Below are positions 21,005-29,763 of a stretch of DNA of 64,000 bases, piece by piece; within the stretch, counting starts at the first letter, position 1, and each line of letters begins with the position of its first letter. The notes beneath the pieces are model-generated. The model searched no databases. It worked only from the letters and a program-made list of their open reading frames with translations, and had not been told where the DNA came from. Location: NCBI GenBank assembly GCA_905197045.1, contig CAJJXG010000002.1, positions 1,312-65,311 of the forward strand, written 5' to 3'. Source of the DNA: an uncultured Bacillales bacterium. GTDB lineage: Bacteria > Bacillota_I > Bacilli_A > RFN20 > CAG-826. The translations under genes were made by a program, and so were the position numbers.

Positions 21005-21940
21005 ATGGAAAATCAAGAAGAAAAGCTTGCAAATCTTGAATCTTTAAGAAAAAAATTGCTTAATAAAGCAATTTTTGTTTTGGTGTTTTTTGGTCTTTGT
21101 ACACTTGTTGGAATCATCCTTTTTATAATTCAATTTTTTGATTATAACGACATGATTTATTATTTTGTTGGATTTGTTTTACTTATTGTCGGCGTAGTTG
21201 GAATGATTGTTGGCATCAGTCAACTTAATAAGAAACTTGCTAAAGCTTTTAAAGAAGAGTTTGATAAGAATTATTTAAAAGAAATATATGGTGATGATTT
21301 TCAAATTTTTTATAAAAAAGGCTTAAGTTTTTCTTATTTACAACAAAGTGATGTATTAAGATCACCAGATCACTATTATTCAAGCAATTTATTTACAAGC
21401 TCTTATAAAGGCGTTCAAATTGAAGGTTGTAATTATTGCGCAGAATTTATTCACGTTACTACAGATAGCAAAGGACACACTAAAAAAGTGACTTATAGCT
21501 ACCCAGGAAAAGCTTATGTATTTACTTTTCCTCGCCAATTCAAAGAATATTTCTGTTCATTTGAAAAAGGCGCTATCTCCGAGTTTTATAGAACTCCTTC
21601 AAAAAGAAGCGAAGTAGAATTTGAATCTGTCGAATTTAATAAAAAGTTCAAATCTTATTCAAGTGATCAAACATTTGCTTTCTATTTAATGACTCCACAA
21701 GTTCAATTATCTTTACTTGAATTTGATGAGAAAGTTAAAAGTAAGATTGTTTTTGTTGTTGATGGAAATAAATTATTTGTATTTATGAATAATTATGAAT
21801 CAGCATCAAGAGTTAGCGTATTTAAAAAAGTGTCTCAAGAAACTTTAAATAATTATCTATTAGAATTATCTTTACCACTTAAATTAATAGATGACTTTGA
21901 TGTAGACAAAAATAAGTTCTTAGACACAAGTCTTAAATAA
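21005..21940 (+). CDS. membrane protein, DUF3137-like (frequent LemA neighbour)
   Basis: 311 aa with two N-terminal TM helices and a soluble C-terminal domain. The family assignment is from memory of the LemA-DUF3137 pairing and is not verified. Confidence 0.55.
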   Translation: MENQEEKLANLESLRKKLLNKAIFVLVFFGLCTLVGIILFIIQFFDYNDMIYYFVGFVLLIVGVVGMIVGISQLNKKLAKAFKEEFDKNYLKEIYGDDFQIFYKKGLSFSYLQQSDVLRSPDHYYSSNLFTSSYKGVQIEGCNYCAEFIHVTTDSKGHTKKVTYSYPGKAYVFTFPRQFKEYFCSFEKGAISEFYRTPSKRSEVEFESVEFNKKFKSYSSDQTFAFYLMTPQVQLSLLEFDEKVKSKIVFVVDGNKLFVFMNNYESASRVSVFKKVSQETLNNYLLELSLPLKLIDDFDVDKNKFLDTSLK

Positions 21941-22025
21941 AAGTGAACTTTTGCAAGGTTTTTGGTTTGATTATCTAGTTTTTTAGTAGATAATTAAACG
22001 ATAAAATTTCGAAGAAATTAAAAGT

Positions 22026-22048
22026 GAGGGGTTTCGGCCCCTCTTTTT
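22026..22048 (+). terminator. rho-independent terminator after the lemA operon
   Basis: GAGGGG-tttcgg-CCCCTC followed by TTTTT. Confidence 0.75.
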
Positions 22049-22065
22049 AAAGCTCTAAAAGTGCA

Positions 22066-22090
22066 TAAAAAAAGCAACTATTCAGTTGCT
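22066..22090 (-). terminator. rho-independent terminator of the tRNA-Asp/tRNA-Phe unit
   Basis: The minus strand reads AGCAACT-gaat-AGTTGCT followed by TTTTTTT. Confidence 0.75.
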
Positions 22091-22104
22091 AATTAACTAA
22101 TTTA

Positions 22105-22180
<76 letters not shown>

Positions 22181-22198
22181 AATATTTTCAAAAAAATT

Positions 22199-22276
22199 TG
22201 GCGGACCAGACGAGAATCGAACTCGCGATCTCCACTGTGACAGAGTGGCATGTTAACCGCTACACCACTGGTCCGC
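22199..22276 (-). tRNA. tRNA-Asp (GUC)
   Basis: Reverse complement is GCGGACCAGTGGTGTAGCGGTTAACATGCCACTCTGTCACAGTGGAGATCGCGAGTTCGATTCTCGTCTGGTCCGCCA, with anticodon loop CTGTCAC. Confidence 0.93.
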
Positions 22277-22528
22277 TTTAACTTTGACGCGTCTTAAACG
22301 CGCTCAAATAATATAGCACAGAAAAAAAGTTTCACGCAAGAGGAAATTTAAATTTTTTTCGAAAAATTTCATAAAATAGTGAATTTTAACACTTGAAATA
22401 AAATTTTAAGCGATAAAATCTTGGTATCTTTTACTATTAAGAATAGGCGAAAAATACGATAATTATCGAATTTTTTCTAGTTTTAAATTTCTTAAAATGC
22501 TATAATCTAAACGAAGTCAGGGAAGTTA

Positions 22529-23035
22529 ATGTTTAAAAAAGAAGATATTGTTGTAAACAAAAAAGGACAAGTTTGTAAAGTTATTGACATACTCGATAAT
22601 TTTGATGTTGGATTAGGTAAAAATACCTATTATGTTTTAGTTCCTTATTTTAATGAGAAAAACGATAGTATTAAATATTACATTCCTGCTGATAAAGAAG
22701 GTATTATTCGTAGTGCTTTAAAGGAAAAAGAAATAATTGCTTTAATTGATAGTTTACCTAGCATTAAAGAAATCTGGATAACAAATCCTAAAATTAGAAA
22801 AGCAAAGTTTAGAGAACTTTATGATTCAGGTAACCCTATTGAAATATTTAGACTTATTAAATCATTTGAAAAGAAGAAAAAAGAATTAGAAAAAGAAAAT
22901 AAATTTTTATCTTTTACTGATGAGAGTTTTTTAAGAGAAATCAAAACTAACATCTATAATGAGTTTTCTGTTGGTTTAAATATTACTTCTAAAGACGTTG
23001 AAGCTTTTATTTTTAATCGTTTAAAAGAAATTTAA
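22529..23035 (+). CDS. CarD/CdnL-family transcriptional regulator-like protein
   Basis: 168 aa. The N-terminal MFKKEDIVVNKKGQVCKVIDI...YYVLVP resembles the CarD_CdnL_TRCF RNAP-interacting domain, followed by a helical C-terminal half. Confidence 0.55.
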   Translation: MFKKEDIVVNKKGQVCKVIDILDNFDVGLGKNTYYVLVPYFNEKNDSIKYYIPADKEGIIRSALKEKEIIALIDSLPSIKEIWITNPKIRKAKFRELYDSGNPIEIFRLIKSFEKKKKELEKENKFLSFTDESFLREIKTNIYNEFSVGLNITSKDVEAFIFNRLKEI

Positions 23036-23096
23036 GTAAGCAATTATTTTGCTTTTTACGATAGTTTAATTTAATCTTTTAAAGAGGTTTTTTGTT

Positions 23097-23993
23097 ATGA
23101 AAGATTTAATTATTATTGGTGCAGGACCAGGTGGCGTAACGGCTGCAATTTATGCAAAAAGAAGCAATCTTGATTTATTAGTTTTTGAAAAAAGCTGTGT
23201 TGGTGGCAATGTTGTAAATGCTTTTGAAATTGAAAATTATCCAGGGGTAGGTAAAATCGTTGGGGCAGATTTAGCAATCAATTTTTTAAATGAACTTGAT
23301 GCTTTAAATATTGAAGTCAATTACGAAGAAATTAAAGAAGTCAAAAAAGTTGATGATTATTTTAAAGTTACAACTATCGATGATATAACATATGAAGCTA
23401 AAAAAGTTCTTTTAGCACTTGGAACAAAGCCTCGTAAATTAAATTTAGAAAATGAAGATGCTTTACTTGGTAGAGGAATAAGTTTTTGTGCAACTTGTGA
23501 TGGAGCCTTTTATAAAAATAAAACTGTCTTAGTTGTTGGTGGAGGAAATAGCGCTTTAACTGAAGCGATGTATTTAGCAAATATTGCTAAAAAAGTTTAT
23601 GTAATCACTCGCCATGAATTAAAAGGCGCTAAAAAAGAGATCGATGAATTAAAGAGTAAAGAAAATATCGAAGTTATCGAATTTAAGCAAATTAAAACCC
23701 TTTTAGAAGAAAATAAGAAACTTCATGGAGTTATTTTATTTGATACAAACACAAAAGAAGAAAGCACACTTGATGTTGATGGAGTTTTTGTCTATATTGG
23801 ACAAATCCCTCAAACCGCTTTTTTATCTAACTTAAATATATTAAATGAAAGAGGTTTTATTGAAGTTGATAAGCATTTTCAAACAAGCGTTAAGGGCTTA
23901 TTTGCAATAGGCGATTGTATTGATAAAGAAGTAAGACAAATTGCAACTGCAGTAGGTGATGCCGCTAGTGCGATTCATTATTTAGAAAAATAA
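23097..23993 (+). CDS. trxB: thioredoxin-disulfide reductase
   Basis: 298 aa with GAGPGG (FAD), redox CATCDG, GGGNSA (NADPH) and GDC near the C-terminus. Confidence 0.92.
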   Translation: MKDLIIIGAGPGGVTAAIYAKRSNLDLLVFEKSCVGGNVVNAFEIENYPGVGKIVGADLAINFLNELDALNIEVNYEEIKEVKKVDDYFKVTTIDDITYEAKKVLLALGTKPRKLNLENEDALLGRGISFCATCDGAFYKNKTVLVVGGGNSALTEAMYLANIAKKVYVITRHELKGAKKEIDELKSKENIEVIEFKQIKTLLEENKKLHGVILFDTNTKEESTLDVDGVFVYIGQIPQTAFLSNLNILNERGFIEVDKHFQTSVKGLFAIGDCIDKEVRQIATAVGDAASAIHYLEK

Positions 23994-24046
23994 GAATTTA
24001 TCATTTTTTAGTTTATTCTTACCTACCAAGTTATTATCATTTAAAT

Positions 24047-24757
24047 ATGAGAAAAATTGGTAGGTTTTTTAATACATTCATCTATGCTTTAAGTTTTATT
24101 GTTCTAGTTGTAACTTTTGCAATAGCTTTACCTATTTTATGGCGTGATTTTTATTATTTTCATATTGATTTATTAAATATCACTGAAGCAACAGGTCGCT
24201 CTAAAAGCGATTTAATCTTTTCTTTTAATGAACTAATGGATTCACTTGTTTTTTATAAGCCTTTTAGCGAAGGAGTGTTTGATTATTCTCCAAGTGGAAT
24301 GAATCATTTTTTAGATTGTCGAATTCTTTTTACTCTTGATCTTTTAGCCTTACCTATTAGTTTTTTACTTTTTATTACTTATTCATTTTTAATTAAATTT
24401 AACGTTATTAAAGTTTATAGAATTAAAGGATTTTCAATTTTATTTTTTGCTTCTTTTGTACCAATTATTCTTTTAGGGGCTTTAGGAATTTACGCTTTAA
24501 TTGATGTTAATAGTGCTTATGCCTTTTTTCATGCTGTTTTATTTCCTGGAAAAGAAAACTGGATATTTAATCCTGTTACTGATCCAATAATTAATGCCTT
24601 ACCTGAACAATTTTTCTTAGATTGTGGGATTTTAATATTTGGAGTTATGCTTATAATTTTGCTTGCGGTAATTATTTTTAATATTGTTCGTAAAGTTAAA
24701 CAAAACTCAATTATAAGATATTCAAAATATGATTTAATAAGGAGAGGAGTAAATTAA
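24047..24757 (+). CDS. integral membrane protein, TIGR01906/DUF1461-like
   Basis: 236 aa with multiple TM segments. The HFLDCRILF and FHAVLFPGKENWIFNPVTDPIINALPEQFF pattern is recalled from that family. Confidence 0.55.
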   Translation: MRKIGRFFNTFIYALSFIVLVVTFAIALPILWRDFYYFHIDLLNITEATGRSKSDLIFSFNELMDSLVFYKPFSEGVFDYSPSGMNHFLDCRILFTLDLLALPISFLLFITYSFLIKFNVIKVYRIKGFSILFFASFVPIILLGALGIYALIDVNSAYAFFHAVLFPGKENWIFNPVTDPIINALPEQFFLDCGILIFGVMLIILLAVIIFNIVRKVKQNSIIRYSKYDLIRRGVN

Positions 24758-24758
24758 A

Positions 24759-25100
24759 ATGCCTTTTATTCAACTTAAAACTAATGCAGAAATCAATGAA
24801 AACGATGAAAAATTAATTAAAAGTAAACTTGGAGAACTTGTTACAATTATTCCAGGAAAAAGTGAAAATTGGTTAATGGTTCAAATAAGTGGCGGAAAGA
24901 AAATGTATTTTAAAGGTAGCGATGAAAAATGCGCAATGATTGAAGTTAAGATTTATGGCAAAGCAACAAGTGAGGCCTATGATAAATTAACTTATGAGAT
25001 TACCGATCTTGTTAGTAAAACTTTAAATATTTCTCCTACAAGAATTTATGTAAGTTATTTTGAAACTCCTAATTGGGGGTTTGCTGGAAGCAATTTCTAA
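24759..25100 (+). CDS. MIF/tautomerase-superfamily protein (Pro-1 type)
   Basis: 113 aa starting MPFIQLKTN (Pro after the initiator Met), with MIF-like length and beta-alpha-beta pattern. Confidence 0.55.
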   Translation: MPFIQLKTNAEINENDEKLIKSKLGELVTIIPGKSENWLMVQISGGKKMYFKGSDEKCAMIEVKIYGKATSEAYDKLTYEITDLVSKTLNISPTRIYVSYFETPNWGFAGSNF

Positions 25101-25149
25101 AATAAATAAACTTTCGTAAATAATAGCGATTATGCTATTATTTATTCAC

Positions 25150-25223
25150 GCATCATTAGTTCAATGGTAGAACGTTAGCTTCCCAAGCTGAATACGCGAG
25201 TTCGATTCTCGTATGGTGCTCCA
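25150..25223 (+). tRNA. tRNA-Gly (CCC)
   Basis: GCATCATTAGTTCAATGGTAGAACGTTAGCTTCCCAAGCTGAATACGCGAGTTCGATTCTCGTATGGTGCTCCA. The acceptor stem is GCATCAT/ATGGTGC, the anticodon loop is TTCCCAA and CCA is encoded. Confidence 0.9.
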
Positions 25224-25269
25224 AAATTTTGCATATTTTTCAGATTATTCTGTTTAAATTAATATATAG

Positions 25270-25294
25270 GTCCGAGAAATCGGATTTTTATTTT
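25270..25294 (+). terminator. short hairpin + T-run (copy 1 of a repeated terminator-like element)
   Basis: GTCCGA-gaaa-TCGGAT followed by TTTTTATTTT, about 47 nt after tRNA-Gly. Confidence 0.45.
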
Positions 25295-25433
25295 AGAGAC
25301 GATATTGCGGATGATAAGAGGTTCGAACCAACAATAAAAACTCTGAATTTCTAGATATTCAACTGATTTACCAATACAAAAAAGTATAAAAGTTTAAGGC
25401 AAAGAAGCATTCAAATTCCTCGGTGTTGGTATA

Positions 25434-25706
25434 ATGGTTACCATACCTTTTGATAGAAAAGGATTTAATACGAGTGCTAACTTCACAGAAAACTTCACAG
25501 ATAACTTCACAGAAAACGAAAGAAAAATAATAAAGTTAATTCAAAAAAATGACAAGATAACTACAAGTGAAATAGCATCTGAAATCACTCTTTCAATAAG
25601 AACAGTTCAAACAATCGTTAATTCACTAAAGCTGAAAGGCGTTTTAATTCGTGTCGGTCCAGATAAAGGTGGATATTGGGAGATAATTCATAAAAAGCTA
25701 GATTAA
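25434..25706 (+). pseudogene. probable remnant: C-terminal winged-helix domain of an AlbA_2/ATPase-type putative regulator
   Basis: 90-aa ORF ending ...ERKIIKLIQKNDKITTSEIASEITLSIRTVQTIVNSLKLKGVLIRVGPDKGGYWEII. It is preceded by a coded tandem repeat NFTENFTDNFTEN (3 x 12 bp, 25479-25514). It has no RBS, and its ATG sits inside a TGgTATAAT element (25427-25435). Confidence 0.45.
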
Positions 25707-25791
25707 GTCAGTTCGTTTCGAATTAACGATCTTAGCTATGCAAAAATTGGCAATTATTTAGTAGATTTATATTCTATTTAAGCCAATAGAA

Positions 25792-25817
25792 GTCCGAGAA
25801 ATTGGATTTTTATTTTT
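25792..25817 (+). terminator. short hairpin + T-run (copy 2 of the repeated element)
   Basis: GTCCGA-gaaa-TTGGAT followed by TTTTTATTTTT. It has one mismatch to copy 1 over the 25-nt core. Confidence 0.4.
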
Positions 25818-25899
25818 GATGAAGATATGGCTGATGTTATCGGACTTGGACTCGTGGACTAATAAAATTGTTGCATTAATGATAAAAGAAATGATAATA

Positions 25900-25956
25900 A
25901 TTTATTTCGCCATTTATGTCGCCATTTATTTCGCCATTGTATTCATTTATTTCGCC
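25900..25956. repeat. iteron-like array of a 12-bp unit ATTTATTTCGCC
   Basis: ATTTATTTCGCC / ATTTATGTCGCC / ATTTATTTCGCC are contiguous, then a 9-bp spacer ATTGTATTC, then ATTTATTTCGCC. The array is non-coding. Confidence 0.8.
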
Positions 25957-26284
25957 AAATTTGGTAAAAGATGCTTATAAAATGAGGAATATATTAAGAA
26001 TAAATTTAGGAGTTTTGAAAGTAATTATTATAAGGATTTTAAAAAAGTTCGTAAAAGTTCGCAATTAGACCTTATTCAACTCTTAACTTTAAGCTATTTT
26101 TAAATAAAGAAAAGATAGTTTCATAGGTGCAAATATTTCTTTAATAATTGATCTTTTTTCTCCTATGTCGTTATTAAACACTTTTATGGCATATTTAATG
26201 AAATTTAAAACAGTACCAAATTGGCAATGATATAATGTTAAAAATTATTTATAGCATTTTTTAAATGTATGAAGGGACAGAATT

Positions 26285-28489
26285 ATGAAAAAAATAGCTA
26301 TTTTACTTGCTTCACTTGGATTAATGCTTACTGGATGTTCTTCTCAAGAAGCATCTTTAGATGGAACACAAACTCCTCCAAGTAATGAGGAAAATAATAA
26401 CGAAAATAATAGCAGTGAAAATAATAAAGAAGAAAACAATGAAAGTAATTCGGGCGAAAATATTGATGATGGGAATAGTGATAAAGAAAACGATTCATCT
26501 GAAGATGATAACCTAAATAACGACGAAAGCGATGATAGTGAAGGTAATTTAGGCGATAATACTGAAGAAGGAAACGACGATAAAGAAAACGATTCAGAAA
26601 ACAATGAAACGGAAGAAAATCCACAAGATTTAGAAACCGAAAGAACGTTTTCTTTACACTTAAATTACAATAAAGATGGCTATATAATTACTGATTATTT
26701 TGAGGAATTAGAAAATGTAGTCATTCCTAATACTTATAAAGATTTACCGATTGTTGAAATTGATAATGAAGTTTTTGAATATGATGAGTATTTAAAAAGC
26801 ATTTCAATACCAAACACAGTAAGAAAAATAGGAGTAGAAGCTTTTTATTATTGTGAAAATCTTGAAAGTGTAAGCATTGAAGATAATAGTCCATTAACGA
26901 AAATCCGCTATAGAGCTTTTTCTAATTGCTCCAATCTTAAAACAGTTGATTTAGGTCAAAATCCAGCTTTAACTACTATTGAAGCTCGTGCATTTTACGA
27001 ATGTAAGTCCTTATCTGCTTTTTATCTTTCAGATAAAATTCTTTATGTTGGAGATTACGCTTTTGCATTATGCGACAATTTAAAAATTTACTCTACTTTT
27101 GCTGAGTCTCCAACTAATTGGGGCGTTTATTGGCACATTACTGATACTACTTATAAAATAAACAGCGAGCGCGTTGTTTGGGGTTATGCTGGAATTTGTG
27201 ATATTTATAATAATTTAGAGTATTGTGTAAGATTTGATGAAGAAAAGAATCAATTTATTGTTATAACTGATTATCATGGAACAGCGACTGATCTTTATTT
27301 GCCAGAATCAATTGTTGTTAATGAAGAAGAACTACAGGTTAAGGAAATACTTCAAGACGCTTTTACTAGCGAAGATTTTTTAGATTATATTTTCATCCCA
27401 AAAACCATCACAACAATTAGACGTGAAGGGATTTACGCTCATAAAAAAATTTTCTGTGAAGTAGCGTCAACACCGGATGGTTGGACTCCTGGTTGGTGTA
27501 GTTCAAATCTTGTTATCTGGAATTCATATTTTGCCATTCACGGTTACTCAAATGGTTTTTATTATTGTGTTGTAAAAGATGAAAGTGAAAACCCATATAT
27601 TGTAATTACTGAATTTGGCGAAGAACGTGAAATAATTGTGCCTGGATCATTAAATATTAATGGAGAGGATATTCCAATTAAGGTAATTGATAAAGAAGCA
27701 TATAAGCCAAATGAAATAGTAGAAACTATTATTTTGCCTCATACAATTACTTCAATCAAAGGTTCGCCTTTCTGGGGATTTGACGCTTTAACTACACTTT
27801 TTTTGCCAAATAGCGTAACCGAACTAAAATATGGCACCTTTAATGATTGTGTTAATGCAACTATATATACCGATTATAAATCGAGACCAAGTAATTGGCC
27901 TTCAGGTATTTATGGTGAATGCTTAGTAGTATACAGTTCATTTTTTGGAGTACATGGAAATTACAATGGTTTTAATTATGCAGTTTGTATCGATGATAAT
28001 AATGAAAAATATATAAATATTGTTACGTATGTAGGTATGGATAATGAAGTTGTTATTCCTGAATCTATAAATGTAGATGGTGAAGAGATTCCAGTAAAAT
28101 TAATTTATGGTAATGCTTTTCGAGAAGGTAACAATGAAATAACGTCAGTTTCTATACCAAGCAGTGTGACTAAGATCGGCTATCAGGCCTTTGTGAATTG
28201 TAAAAATTTAAAAGAGGTTGTTGTTAAAGGTGATAGTAATTTAAATATAATTGATAACAATGCTTTTTCATATTGCTCATCATTAGAAACTATATTTATA
28301 CCATCATCTGTAACTACTTTTGGGGTTGGTGTTTTCGATGATTGCATAAATCTTACAATTTACTGCGAAATATCAGAAAGCGAATCTACACGGGAATCTT
28401 ATTGGAATAGTAAATGTGATGTTGTTTGGGATACAACTTACGAAGAATACTTAGAAGTTATTAATAACGATGAAAGTTTAACAAAATAA
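26285..28489 (+). CDS. surface lipoprotein with acidic low-complexity linker and BspA-type leucine-rich repeats (LRR_5)
   Basis: Signal peptide plus lipobox LMLTGCSS. An E/N/D/S-rich region of about 90 aa follows, then repeated IPNTVRKIGVEAFYYCENLESVSI / FSNCSNLKTVDL / IPSSVTKIGYQAFVNCKNLKEV motifs. Confidence 0.85.
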   Translation: MKKIAILLASLGLMLTGCSSQEASLDGTQTPPSNEENNNENNSSENNKEENNESNSGENIDDGNSDKENDSSEDDNLNNDESDDSEGNLGDNTEEGNDDKENDSENNETEENPQDLETERTFSLHLNYNKDGYIITDYFEELENVVIPNTYKDLPIVEIDNEVFEYDEYLKSISIPNTVRKIGVEAFYYCENLESVSIEDNSPLTKIRYRAFSNCSNLKTVDLGQNPALTTIEARAFYECKSLSAFYLSDKILYVGDYAFALCDNLKIYSTFAESPTNWGVYWHITDTTYKINSERVVWGYAGICDIYNNLEYCVRFDEEKNQFIVITDYHGTATDLYLPESIVVNEEELQVKEILQDAFTSEDFLDYIFIPKTITTIRREGIYAHKKIFCEVASTPDGWTPGWCSSNLVIWNSYFAIHGYSNGFYYCVVKDESENPYIVITEFGEEREIIVPGSLNINGEDIPIKVIDKEAYKPNEIVETIILPHTITSIKGSPFWGFDALTTLFLPNSVTELKYGTFNDCVNATIYTDYKSRPSNWPSGIYGECLVVYSSFFGVHGNYNGFNYAVCIDDNNEKYINIVTYVGMDNEVVIPESINVDGEEIPVKLIYGNAFREGNNEITSVSIPSSVTKIGYQAFVNCKNLKEVVVKGDSNLNIIDNNAFSYCSSLETIFIPSSVTTFGVGVFDDCINLTIYCEISESESTRESYWNSKCDVVWDTTYEEYLEVINNDESLTK

Positions 28490-28640
28490 AGTTTTGATTA
28501 ATAATTAAAAATCAAGTTTATCCAAATAGCATTATTCTTAAAAACGTTATACATTAATAAACAAAGTAATATTCAATTCTGAAAGCCTCAACTTTATACC
28601 AAAAGCGCAGCAAATCTCAAATATTTTTACCGATTTAATT

Positions 28641-28670
28641 AAAAAAGCATCTCGATTTTTTCAAGATGCT
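28641..28670 (-). terminator. rho-independent terminator after the SDR gene
   Basis: The minus strand reads AGCATCT-tgaaaaaatcg-AGATGCT followed by TTTTTT. Confidence 0.65.
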
Positions 28671-28698
28671 TTAACTTTATATAATGCAATGAAGTAGA

Positions 28699-29457
28699 TT
28701 AAATACAAGTGTATCCACCATCAATTGGTAAAATAACACCCGTTACATAACTTGCTTCTTCGCTTCCTAAAAAGAGAGCGCCAGCATTAAGTTCGCCTTC
28801 TTTACCATATCTTCCTAGAGGAACAGTTGCTTTCATATAAGCGGTAAATTCTGGTGTAACAAGAGTGTCATGAGTAAGTTCAGTTTCAAAATATCCTGGG
28901 CAAATTGCATTACATGTAATTCCATATTTTGCAAGTTCAGCTGCAACAGCTCTTGTAAAATTAACAACGCCACCTTTAGAAGTGTGATAAGCAACAGTAT
29001 CCATTGCTGGATTACCAACTAAACCATACATTGAAGCGATGTTAATGATTCTTCCATAATTATGTTTTTTCATGATATTTGCAAAAGCTCTAGTAACTAA
29101 AAAGACGCTCTTTAAATCAATATCCATTGTGAAGTTCCATTCTTCATCAGTCATATTTAAGACGCCTGCATTTTTACTAGCACCAGCACAGTTAACTAAA
29201 ACATCGACTTTGCCAAATTCTTTTTCAACAGTTTTTGCGCATTCATTGACGTTTTCAGTATTAGTAACATCGCATTTAAGTGGTAAAACTTTGACACCTA
29301 ATTTACGAAGATCTTTGGCAAGATCCTCGAGTCTTTCGACTCTACGAGCAAGTAAAACAAGATTTGCATGTTGTGCTGCAAATCCTTTAGCCATTTGTGA
29401 GCCAAGACCGCTACTTGCACCAGTGATGACCACAACTCTGTTTGTAAAATCAAACAT
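28699..29457 (-). CDS. short-chain dehydrogenase/reductase (FabG / gluconate-5-dehydrogenase-like)
   Basis: 252 aa with TGASSGLG, NCAG and the catalytic YHTSKGG (YxxxK). Confidence 0.88.
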   Translation of the reverse strand: MFDFTNRVVVITGASSGLGSQMAKGFAAQHANLVLLARRVERLEDLAKDLRKLGVKVLPLKCDVTNTENVNECAKTVEKEFGKVDVLVNCAGASKNAGVLNMTDEEWNFTMDIDLKSVFLVTRAFANIMKKHNYGRIINIASMYGLVGNPAMDTVAYHTSKGGVVNFTRAVAAELAKYGITCNAICPGYFETELTHDTLVTPEFTAYMKATVPLGRYGKEGELNAGALFLGSEEASYVTGVILPIDGGYTCI

Positions 29458-29763
29458 TTTCGTTATCCTCCATTTATTTAATTATAAATCAACAAATTTA
29501 AGACAAGAGTTTTTTAAAGAATTAATTTCCTATTTTTAAGGTAGTTTGCTTCTAATTTTTCTAGAAAAGCCAATTAATATCCTTCTTGTTTTAGACCGAA
29601 TAATTGATTAAAAAAACATAATTTCTGTATCAAATTCTATAAAGAATATAAACACTAAATAAGCAAAAATATTATGAAATATTAAGATTTATTTACATTT
29701 TAATTGTTTCTTTAAAATTTAATAACTATATAATTTATATCATTAGAGAGTTGAAGGGAATTT

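Noticed and set aside
24021-24070. 9-bp inverted repeat ACCTACCAA...TTGGTAGGT plus T-run spanning the start codon of the TIGR01906-like gene, as a terminator or translational switch
   Set aside because: The loop is 27 nt and the right arm plus T-run simply encode IGRFF. The stability is likely poor and there is no alternative start to support a different gene model.
25150-26284. Integrated prophage or ICE at tRNA-Gly
   Set aside because: No integrase, recombinase or phage genes are present. The direct repeats do not include the tRNA 3' end as att sites normally do. I report it only as a possible decayed remnant.
29072-29539. 155-aa plus-strand ORF, together with similar antisense or alternate-frame ORFs (3369..3599, 10196..10471, 26328..26624, 26344..26604, 33344..33688, 31761..32186, 60383..60693)
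   Set aside because: They lie entirely inside well-supported genes on the opposite strand or in another frame. They have low-complexity or Ser/Leu/Phe-rich composition typical of shadow frames in AT-rich DNA, and they lack RBSs.
29458-29763. c-di-AMP (ydaO/kimA-type) or other riboswitch upstream of the K+-related ATPase operon (also 46944-47005 before trkH)
   Set aside because: The leaders are extremely AT-rich and lack the GC-rich conserved helices (ACGGGGA/CCCG-type) of that riboswitch class. The trkH leader is only about 60 nt.
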